Shown piece by piece: positions 11,673-22,400 of a stretch of DNA of 64,000 bases. Each line of letters begins with the position of its first letter. Position 1 is the first letter of the stretch. The position numbers were made by a program, and so were the translations under genes. The DNA lies in NCBI GenBank assembly GCA_030141605.1, contig JAQGDQ010000502.1, forward strand, positions 97,013-161,012, written 5' to 3'. Below the pieces are notes generated by a model. It did not search any database. It was not told the origin of the DNA and was given only the letters and a program-made list of their open reading frames with translations. Source of the stretch: Tubiluchus corallicola. Taxonomy: Eukaryota > Animalia > Priapulida.

Positions 11673-14600
11673 TCAGTCCAACTTTGACTGCAGCCGTCGT
11701 CGGAAAATCACCGGCAAAAGAGAGAGAACTGCGAAGATCGCCAGAAGTGCAACAGACTGCCGAGAGATGGCGTCCCGAGACGACGTGAGCTCGTGCAGTG
11801 TCGTGCCGCCCTGAATGGCAATGAAAGACGGTGGTGCCACACCTAGATTGATGACAAAAACAATACAAAACATCGAGATTATTATTTTGAAGTCATTCCA
11901 TTGCTGAGCTCAGCCTGCTATCATTGATCAGTTTTCATAATTGATAGATTTTGATTACTGCTCGCTAACACACCGCAAACATGTCACTAACTACCAAGGT
12001 AAAATAATCTTTTACTATATTGGTTTTCATCAATAAAAATATCTATGTTGGTTAACACTAACCAGCTTTCAAAGGTGACGGATTTTAGTTAGTATTAGCT
12101 AACGCACCATAAACAATTTTACTAACCATCAAAGTAAAATAATTTCCCTATATTTTTCTGTATCAGTTCTCACCGTCAAAAACACACATGTTACTGTGAA
12201 ATTCAACATGATAAGACGTCAATAATTCAAAGCATAAACCTCTATTTTGAGGTTGATGCCTTCCCACTCTTCCAGTACATGTCCCCTTTCAGTAGTACCA
12301 AACCTACCATGACCCCCACCTTTATAAGCCTTGTGAAAATGCACTAATTTTTAATATCGCAGATACATTATTTTAAAATTTAAACGATTAATCACAACAG
12401 AGACAGCAATAACAAAAAGATGTTTGTTATTGTTTAGTGATATTTATTAAACAAGGACTGATTTAGTCTTGTATTTTAATGAGAAGAGAGTATTTGCTTT
12501 TTTGATACAAGCAAATCAATACGCGGGTCTGTGTGGCTCAAGGCACATTGCATGTCTGCTTCACCATCCAACCTGTTTGGGCCTTTGAATTGATTACCAG
12601 GATAGTCAAGAAACCACTTTCACAGAAGAAAGTCAATGAGAAACGAATGAGAACCGTTCTGCAGAAACGAATGTACACAGTTTGACCCTCCATGACCCTC
12701 AGAAAAAGGCTCATGACCCTTTTGGGGTCACGACCCATAGTTTGGGAACCACTGCTCTATAGTCTCCAAACTACCTGTGATAATGACCCAAATGGCAATT
12801 CAGGTTGTCTTCTCAAGACAAATGGCCTAATTGTTTCATACAATACAAAGATTTCCCATTAAATGGTGGGTTAACACTACTAAATAACAATATATAAAAA
12901 TTTAATAATTTGAAAATTGTATTACGATTTTTAAACAAGTAATGCTATACATTAAATGCGAAAGAACAAAAATTTACCCAAAAACGTTCCAAAAAAGAAC
13001 GGCGCAAGAGGAACGTTGATGACAGGTGAAGTGATGTTGATAAACCAATTTGGCAGGAACGGAGTGATGCGGAGAAAAATAATGTAGTTGAGCAGGTGAC
13101 GTCTATGATGTGCCACCTAAAAGTACAGAACTGGACATTGTTGAACAGGAAAAAACAAAAATTATCATGAATTTATATGACTCAGAGATGCAAGCGTTCT
13201 GACTTTGAAGCTGCTTATTCCACAACAATAAGCCTATTCATAGTTCCAGCTACTGATGATGATCATGAAAACGTCAAAGGTTAAGTATACCAGACAACAC
13301 ATTTGTGTACACTTTTTAATGCCTTGCAGCCTAAGCCATTGTAATAGTAATAGAGCTTTATCTAGTTTATTTTTTCTTGTTCTCAAGCAAGATCCTGCTA
13401 GTAAATCACTCTACGCACACACTAATGCATAATTAAGTAAATTCAACTGAAGTTACTGAACTGATGCGACAGACGGCTTCGCATTACCCACATGTCACGT
13501 GACGCTTGTAGTTAGGGCACGTTGCTGAGGTACACTTAACCTTTGACCTACAGCAACTGCGCGTGCGCACAACGAAACTGTGAAAAGGCTTATTGCCATT
13601 TCTGTATGCATGTATCAAGCAAAGTTTGCAATCACATAAAATGGTATGAAGGTGCAAGTCATTTAATTTATTGACACTCAAAACATGTACCTTTTTACTA
13701 GGAACCTGCAAAAGACATGTTTGAAATCATAGGATTGTCACTTGTCAGAACAGGATATGTTTAACATAATCATTATGTTAATTCTGATTTTATAACATAA
13801 TCTTGGAGAAAGAGTTTAACTAATAATACTAACAGGATATCGTCTTTATCAAGATGCTCAAGCTCGCAGGCAACCCAGAGAATTAAAAACAGCATTTTTG
13901 TGACTATATATAAATAATACGTACGCGCTTGAAAATATTACAACAATTTTGAGTTAGTAAGACACAACTGCGGAATGCAAATAAATCAAGCAGAGACTAG
14001 AAATTTGTGAACTCAATACATGCATAACTGTCAACAGTGAGTTATACTACATGCCAGGGCAATTTCACTTGATTCACACAACAGTTTGCAAATCACGATC
14101 ATAATTTTTTGAAATCAACGATCTCCTAAACAGCATCAGCATTACTAACACACCTCTTCTGTAGTAGCGGTTTGTCAAAATCAAACAAAATTTATTGCCA
14201 ATGTGAAGATTTACTACTTTTTGACACAAAAGACGTACAGCTAATTGAAGTTTCTCAAAGTGTTAAAAGAATTTAACGCTTCACACAGGCTATCGTCTAA
14301 ATACGAAAAACATTATTTGTTTAGCACTTTAGCTAGGATGGTGGGTTACAACGCAGTTACAAAAATTCAAAGCCTGGGTGTCTAACGTACCTTTTGCTGC
14401 CACTGTGAAGCTCTTTCTGGTAGATACTTCAGGACAAGACGCCTTCCGGCCAGGTAGGACAGAAGGTAGCAGAAAGATGCTCCCAATGCTGAACACTGAA
14501 ACAATCACGTAACGCATGTCAAGAACAGACAGTCAGAAAAATCTCATGCATAATGCATTAAAGGAAAGCCAGACGACTGATTTATTTACGTCCAAAATAT

Positions 14601-17600
14601 ACATTTTCTTGCCCATAAAAGTTAGCAATTGTATTTTAATATGTTAGCCTTCTTATATGCGAATAATAAGCTTTGAAAGTTAAGTAAGTGTAACCGCTAT
14701 CGCTTATGTGACAAACTAACCACAATTTACACAAAGGTAGGCATCTCCTTGCGAATCCAGCACGTATGTGTTAGCAAAGATTGCATTAAGACGTTGATGT
14801 GACGTCACAAAAATATATCACAGATGAATACTGCAGTTCATGGTCATGCTTATCAAGGTATCGCGCGCCAATCTGCCAGCCACGCAAATGTAACAAAAAG
14901 GTCCCATTGCCAGTCTTAGGCGATTTCGCGCATAGCTTTGAAAGATTAACAAAATTTAACTATCCGAGATAATTATTATTTAATCTAAGCTTTGATTTAA
15001 AAACAGCTATTGCAATTTTCAATATTTTAGAACATACTTTATTTTGAACTAAGGTCTACACAATCGTACGGTTTTCCTTTAAGAAGGATTCAAGTGGAAA
15101 AATATGATACCAGAGCACAGTATTTGCTTAACCAAGAACAACTAGAACAAGAACTGTTGAAAGTAAACTTACAATAACTTTAAAGCATCAAGTGTCTGAG
15201 CTTTTTAATAAAAATTTTAGCAACGTTGACAAAAAGTTAGTTCATAATCGCTTTACGGCATAAAAACTAGCAATAATGTTAGGCATACTATCAAACTAAA
15301 CTAATAACAATCTGTTAGTTTGATCAAACAAACAAGACAGACAAACTTGTTAGTTCAAAACAACACTTATTTATACTTACAAAGCACACTAGCAGCAGAG
15401 CTAATGGAAACGGGAAAAGAAACCCGGATAAAATGCTGAGAAAAATAGATCCTGGAATGGCAAATGACTGCAAGCTGTGCAGAAATGCATGTTAAGCAAA
15501 AGTTCTAAAGATTCCATAATACTCAGAAACAAATCTTACAGTCAAACTAAACCCTCACTATAATATAATCTTAACAACTTAAAATCCTACTCTTATTACA
15601 AATAGTCAATACTTACTGTAAAACTTGTTTCTTTTGAATTTTTATCACTTTGTTATTAGCAGTATTAAATTTGAAAAACCGCCATTTTCTTTGTACAAAA
15701 CAAATGCGATTATGAGTGCAGTCACAAAGTAACCAAAGATAGGTACACAAACATCGGTAATCAAAGACGCTTTCTGTACTTCGTATGTCATTCTCGTTTA
15801 CTCGTACCAAAGACATGAAACATGATGATCTTTAATTAATAAGTCTCTTTCGTTTAATAATAACTATGAATTCTTTGTGTAACCATAATAATGCGTTAAA
15901 AAACTTTTCTGCCAGTTGGGTTATATAGGCCTTTAATTATACAAAAAACTCTGATTCACTCCAAACAGTGTTCTTAATTCCATTAAGCTGTCACTTGTTT
16001 TAAAGCCCGGGATTTTATTTTTTCAATCAGGGTAACTTTCGGGCCTATATTCGAACGAACGTTTAATCAAACACGATCCCAAAAACGGATAGATACAGTA
16101 CCACGTGTACCGTATTTTCCCGTGTATAAGAGACCCTTTTTTGCTCAGAATTTTCACTTTAAAAATAGGGGGTCTCTTATACATGGGAGTAAGTCTTTTC
16201 AATAAGATGCATAAATTGTGACACTAATGATTTTAAAGAAATAAGTGCTCTACAACTGTTTTATTTCGAATAATTATAGTTTCCTTTCAATAAATCTTCT
16301 ACACGGCTAAATTCTAATGATAAAATTAAAATTAAAAATATAATATATTTTTTTAAATGTCTCTTTGGTATTGGAGAGAAATCGATTGTTCTGCAGCCAA
16401 TCAAAAACTCGGTTGGCTGTCATTCCCGGTGGATTAACCAGCCAGTTGCAACCCCTTGATGTCTCCATCAACAAACCTTTCAAGAATCTGATGCGAGAGG
16501 AGTGGACGAAGTGGATGCAAGATGCCGACTCCAATCTGACACCAACTGGCAAGGTAAGAAAGCCAACCCTTGGAGAAGTCTGCAGCTGGGTCCTCAAGGC
16601 ATGGAATGGTGTAAAGCCAGAGGTCATTATTAAATCTTTCAAGAAGCGTGGCATCTCCAATGCCATGGACGACACAGAGGACAATGCCATTTTTGAGCAG
16701 AGTGACTCCTCTGATGATGAACTGGCTGGAATTGCTGAAGGTCTGACTCCAGTTGACATTTTTGATGAGAGTGATGAGGAATTTAATGATTTCTATGATG
16801 AATAAAGTTATTCATTACCAAAAAACTTTTTTCCAGAATTTTTGCCTAAAAATTGAAGGGGTCTCTTATACACAAGGGTCTCTTATACATGGGAAAATAC
16901 GGTAATTTTAAGACTATTAGTCAATCTAGACAAACACAGTCAAGCTTGTATTTATTCCAGCCACTGTACATCAGGTATATAGCATTTAATTTCCATCAGG
17001 TTACATTTATATATTTCAATGATTGATTATTAAAACTTGAACACATATTTTAGTAATATAAAATCATAATTGGTAATTATATCTTAAAATATGCCAAGGA
17101 AACCATTTACAAAAGCCACTAAATAAATTCTGTCTTCAAGAATTGCATTTGTTTTGTACAATCTCCACATTTCAGCCATGATTGATACTAAGTGCTTAGG
17201 TTTCAATCAATCGCTCCAGCAATACATATACAATACATCAACAAAATATTATTGAAACAAAAAGAAACAGTATAAGTAAAAAAACGTTGATGAAGTATGA
17301 CACCGTGAAAGCCTGGCTTGTTAAGGTGGCACAAATGAGTGAATGAAAGAATGGTTAGGGTTAGTAGACATGGTGGAATGGAAAAAATAGTAAGAAAGAA
17401 AAAAGGAGAAGAAGCGACCACAGTGTATGTTTAATTAACATAGAGGTATATTAAAATAGCATTATAATTGATTGGAGGCCATATATTGTGACTGCATGAG
17501 ACATGGAACCATTAAAATTGTATTATAAGTATGAATCAAAAATGGTCCTTTTCAAGTACTTTTTGAAACTATAAATAGTTTTGTGTATTTTTACTTGGGC

Positions 17601-19405
17601 ACTTATTTTATTCCAGTTATTGGAGGCTGTGAATTTAATAAAGGTTTATAAAGGATACAATATGTACGTAAGAAAGTAGCCAGCGATGACGTGATTGTAG
17701 TGTTCATCTCTGTACTGGAGAAGCACCGACCCCAGCACTTTTGCGTCATCGATGTTCTTTGGCAATTTTACTGCTTTTCGCTCTTCACTGAAACATGTGA
17801 GAAGTTGAACCGAATATTCTTTACACATAAAGCAAAACTTTTGCCGATTTTTCATTATCAGTTACAAAATCGAAAATCATTAAAAGTATTGCGGTCGACC
17901 ACTACCAATATCACGACCACCAATCGTCACTATCACATTAGCATCTTCTGCACCACTGCCAGCAGCACAACCAACAGCATTAGTTAGCACTAACAGCATG
18001 ACAATCACGCCAACACCACCACCACCACTACCACCAACTTATGACCAATTAATAGCAAAAACTATATTAATTTGCCTTAGAAATTTCTCTATAAACTTTG
18101 ATACAATTTCATTACAGGGCTGTACTTCATTTTACTGCAACTAAATTTTGGCTTAAGTAAGATATTCACGTATCTTAACCTTAAAAACTCCAGAAAACAA
18201 CTTTCACCATAAAAACTTCACTTCTTTAAAAATAAAAAGGCAGTCCAAAAAATGTAATATTTAAATTCTAATAAATTTCATAAGCTGAGTCAACTTCAAC
18301 AAAATTCATTGGGATTTAATTGATGCGACGGAATCATTGAATCATTTTTAAATGGAATAAACCTGCCTTATACAATTCACAACTTCTTGACCGAATTCGC
18401 TAAATTATTTGTCTTAATTAGCAACCAAATACGTAAAAACAATTAAACATAAGAGAAATTGTTACTTACTCTGTAAGATTTGGGAGAAACTTCATATACA
18501 CATAACAGAGTGCGCATACAGCAAGAATGAAGATGATTCCAAGAATGAGAAAATTCCAGCGTGTGCTCTCTCTTTGTGCCCTCATCACCTTCAGCCGTGT
18601 AACTGTTTTGTCATCTGTAGAAAACAAGTGCACTCATGTCCACTTCAGCATAATTACGTTATCACATTGTAACTGTTGTACGTCAAATCAAGAAGCAAAG
18701 CTTGTAAGACCACACAAAAAGTGGAGAAAAAAACTGCTTAATTGACAAGAGAAAAAATTATAGAAAAACAGGGAATAGTTAAGAGAAAATAATAGACAAA
18801 GATAAAGAGAAGAGAAATGAAATACAAACAGAGTTCAGCACAGATGCAATTCAAAAGTATGAAAATATAAACTGTATTAAGAGTAAGTTAAGCGTATATA
18901 GAGCAAATAAACTAGTTCTTTTCAAGTCCAGTTGTATTAAGTCATTGCCTGATTCTATAATCCCCTTTATGAGCAATATTCCCTTTATGTAGTTTGCAGT
19001 AACTAGGTAATATTTTAATAACTAGAAATTTAAAGTCTAAAGAGCATATGTATCTTTTACTTTAAAGCCATGTTCGACTAGTCTTAGGCACCAAAGCAAA
19101 GACGTTAAATTGTAAAAAAGAAAACAAAACATGAAATATTCAATCTTACTTTCGTCTACAAAATCAGCAATACTTGAAAGTACGTTTTTAACACGAGCTC
19201 TTTCTTTGTCGTACTCAGCATTGTCGTAATTTCTTGGTAAATTATATATCTGCGGAAGCGGTGGACGTGGAGTAGCACCTAGAGGACTAGGTGGATATGT
19301 TTCGCGGAATTTCGATCTATTACGTGGTCCTTGCTCATTAGTTGAGGCGCTCTTACTGGCTGAACTTCTTGAATCACTTTTTTTGGAAGCCTCGGGCGCC
19401 GCCAT
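11673..19405 (-). CDS. TMEM41B: TMEM41B / stasimon (DedA/VTT-domain ER scramblase), ~345 aa; exons 19150-19405, 18470-18614, 17659-17787, 15381-15474, 14391-14495, 12978-13116, 11673-11842
   Basis: The spliced translation contains …KLPKNIDDAKVLG…YIFLQSFAIPGSIFLSILSGFLFPFPLAL…CSALGASFCYLLSYLAG…LLNYIIFLRITPFLPNWFINITSPVINVP…GTFLGVAPPSFIAIQGGTTL…, which closely matches human TMEM41B as I recall it. All junctions are GT-AG and phase-consistent (total 1038 nt). Confidence 0.95.
13226..13595. mobile_element. MITE family A, copy 1 (AATAAGCC-terminated)
   Basis: TIRs CAATAAGCC(T/A)TTCA(C/T)AGTT…AACTGTGAAAAGGCTTATTG plus an inner inverted repeat GTCAAAGGTTAAGT. Homologous copies lie at ~25920-26254, ~49219-49580 and 63708-64000. 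Confidence 0.8.
15475..17658 (-). other. U12-type (minor spliceosome) GT-AG intron of TMEM41B
   Basis: 5' splice site |GTATCCTTT at 17658; branch-like TTTTGCTTAAC (plus-strand gttaagcaa 15491-15499) close to the CAG acceptor; position YIF/LQ. TMEM41B/stasimon is an established U12-intron gene. Confidence 0.9.
16110..16902 (+). mobile_element. Internally deleted pogo/Tigger-like DNA transposon
   Basis: 27-bp TIRs CCGTATTTTCCC(G/A)TGTATAAGAGACCC with TA on both flanks (16108-09, 16903-04), plus subterminal GGGTCTCTTATAC repeats. It retains the C-terminal transposase part LAVIPGGLTSQLQPLDVSINKPFK…W…IIKSFKK.GISN and an acidic tail (to 16805). Confidence 0.92.
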
Positions 19406-19455
19406 TTCAAATGTAATGAGCGCGTCTCATAAATTCACGCGTGAAAACATTAAAC
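19406..19455. promoter_or_regulatory. Ultra-short bidirectional promoter / shared 5' region between TMEM41B and EDEM2
   Basis: Divergent ATGs at 19405 (-) and 19456 (+). The gap contains the perfect palindrome TTCACGCGTGAA (19434-19445) and ATGAG-N5-CTCAT (19416-19430). A YY1-like AAATGGCGGC overlaps the TMEM41B start. Confidence 0.7.
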
Positions 19456-22400
19456 ATGTCAGCACCCATAAAAATTGGATCTTTAGTTGTATTTCTTGTA
19501 TATTTTGCTTGTTTTAGTCCTGCAGTTGAGGCAGCACGTGGTAGCAATATCTTGTACAGCGACTTGGCCACTTACAGGTATTTTGACTTTGCTTAAAAGT
19601 TAGTTGGTAGTTAGCTTCATCAAATTAAGTCTTCAATTCAATTTTCAATTCAATTATTTATTATCTCCGTTAGAACGATAAAAATACAGTATAAAGAATA
19701 CATGGAATATTTTGAAGCAAAGGAGAAGGGCAGCGAAGAACCCGTAGGTTATCAAGTCAGCCACCCTTAAATAGTTATGATTAAATAAACTTAATTATGG
19801 CGTCGTTATCAATTTAAATTTGTATTCGGTTGATGTGTGTTAATTTGGCAATTGAATGATAGGTATCGTAATACTGTAGAACATATAGTTTAAATAACGA
19901 AAGATTTACAATTCTAAAATACTATGAATCATGCGAAGCAAACACAATAAAAATAACTTGAGATTTTTAAGATAACAGAATATGCATAATTTGAGCATTA
20001 ACTAAAAAATCCGGCAAAAAAACAAAAAACAGTAGAATGATCAACCAAAGCTGTCGAGAAAAAAATATAATAGATTAAACCAAGGAAAAATAAGGCAAAT
20101 ATAAGTCATACAAAACAAAACAAGAAACAGAAGCAAATAAGAAAAACAAAACTGAAATGTTGTAATAATAACATCAATGACTGAATTTGTTGAGAAAGAA
20201 AATATAATAAATTAAACCATCGAAAAACTATTTCAACTGTAAATCAGACAAAATGAAATCAAAATATAACAAAAACTTAAACAAAATCTTTAAGTGTCGT
20301 AGCAATGAAAAAAATATGTATAGTATTACAAGTATATAAGCAAAATGTCTCATTTATTTGTATCCTGCAATAAGTTGTTTTTTATAGTTTAAAATTAACT
20401 TTTTGTAGTTACTGGACTTTAACTGGTCTGGTAATGAATTCCACAGCAAAGATCCTTGGTGTTTTAAAGAATTCTGGCCTTTAGATGAGTTAAATCTTTC
20501 AATAAAATAAGATTGGGTTGTAGCAAACCTAGTAGAGTGGTGATGCATGTGACATGCTAAAGTATAATAATTGCTGAAGAGATCTGGAAGTGAATTATTT
20601 TTGAATTTATGTACAAACTTGAGCAATTCTAATTTATACAGATCATGAACTTTTAGTAGATTTAGTTGCAAATACAAAGGTGTTACATGTTCCCTTTTGC
20701 TAGTAAATGTTATAAGTTTGATAATCTTGTTTTGTTTAGAAACCAATGATTTTAAGACCGATGCTGAAGCACTACCCCAGGCGAGAATGCCATAACTCAG
20801 ATATGGCATGACAAGAGAAGAATATAAGAGCCGTAGTGCATCTACATTTATGTAGTGTCGTATTCTAGCTAATACTCCACTTAATTTGCTAATTTTGTTG
20901 ACTATATGCTGAACATGTGTTTTCCAAGTAATTCTACTATCTATAAATATACCAAGATATTTGATTTCTTGTGTAGATTGAATAGTACAACCTCCCATAT
21001 TTATGTTTAAACTATTGTTATGTTGCTTGTTTCCAATTAACATATATTTTGTTTTTTTATAATTTATCGATAGCTTATTTGCTTGCATCCATTTATTAAT
21101 ATTGTCCAGTTCCACATTTACTGAATGTTCTAATGTTTTGATATTTTGGTGTGATAAAAATAAGTTTGTATCGTCTGCAAACAATCTGGTGTTAAATTGC
21201 GAATAAGATGGCAGATCATTAATATATAAAAGAAATAACAATGGACCCAATGTAGAACCCTGTGGGACACCACAGGTTATATCAGCAAGTTTAGACTCTG
21301 ATGAGTCAATAGACGTAAACTGTTTCCTATTAGTAAGGTAAGACGTGAAAAGCGCAAGAGGACGTCCCCTGATACCATAGTATGATAACTTATATAACAA
21401 AATGTCACGTTGTACTGTGTCGAATGCTTTCGATAAATCTAAAAATATAGCACAAGTAGTTTTCCCCTTATCAATATTCGCAAGGAAGTTTTCAATTATT
21501 TCTGACACAGCTAAAGATGTAGAATGATTTTTTCTGAATCCAAATTGGAATTTAGTTAAAATTTGTTCTTTTAAAAGAAATTTAGCTAGCCTAGAGTAAA
21601 TTAATTTTTCAAAAATCTTTGATATGGGAGATAAGAGAGATATTGGCCTATAATTAGTGGGATTAATGGGAGAATCAGATTTGTAAATCGGGATTATTTT
21701 TGCAATTTTCAACACGTCAGGATAGATACCCTCTTCTACACATTTATTGAACAGCATAGTTAATAATGGAGTAATAATGGACTGTGAAATTTTAAAAAAC
21801 TGATTCGAGATGTTTTCGGGTCCTGCTGATTTATTGGTTTTCAATGCAGCAATAGCAGAAGAAACTTCGTACTCGATAATTGGCGCAAAAAAGAAGGAGT
21901 TCTGATTAGGCATTCTAAGGAAAGAATCAAATGTTATTGGAGTAGGTGGTACCTTTTTTACCATATCAGAACCAACCGATGCAAAATAATTATTCATGAA
22001 TTCACAGATAGCAGGGGGTTCCGTAATCTGAGCATGATTTATTACTAGTTTGGTTGGAGTTATGCGCTGCTTGTTTTGTCCATTGATCAAATCATTCAAT
22101 GTTGCCCAAGTCTTTCTAATATTAGTTTTATTATCATGTAGTAAAGTACAATAATAATTTCTTTTGGCTAAATTTATGAGATGATTAAGTTTATTAGAAA
22201 ATTGTTTATATTGATTAATTTTTAAGATACTAGTTGTAGTCTTACAGTCCTTGTATAATCTACTTTTAGTTTTATTGACACAAGAATACCTTTAGTTAAC
22301 CATGGCTTGGAGAAAGTTACTTTTTCAGTTCTTGACAATGTCTTAAGTGGGGCATGTTTATTAAGAACTTCTTGATATATTTGGAAAAAGGTACAGAAGG

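Noticed and set aside
13250-13272. Hammerhead ribozyme core (CTGATGA…GAAA)
   Set aside because: No convincing stems I/III, and the motif is not conserved in other copies of the same MITE (CTGGTGATGATCGTGAAA). Similar CTGATGA hits at ~27801 and ~34307 also lack the fold.
16307-16759. 150-aa minus-strand ORF as a gene
   Set aside because: Antisense shadow of the pogo transposase fragment.
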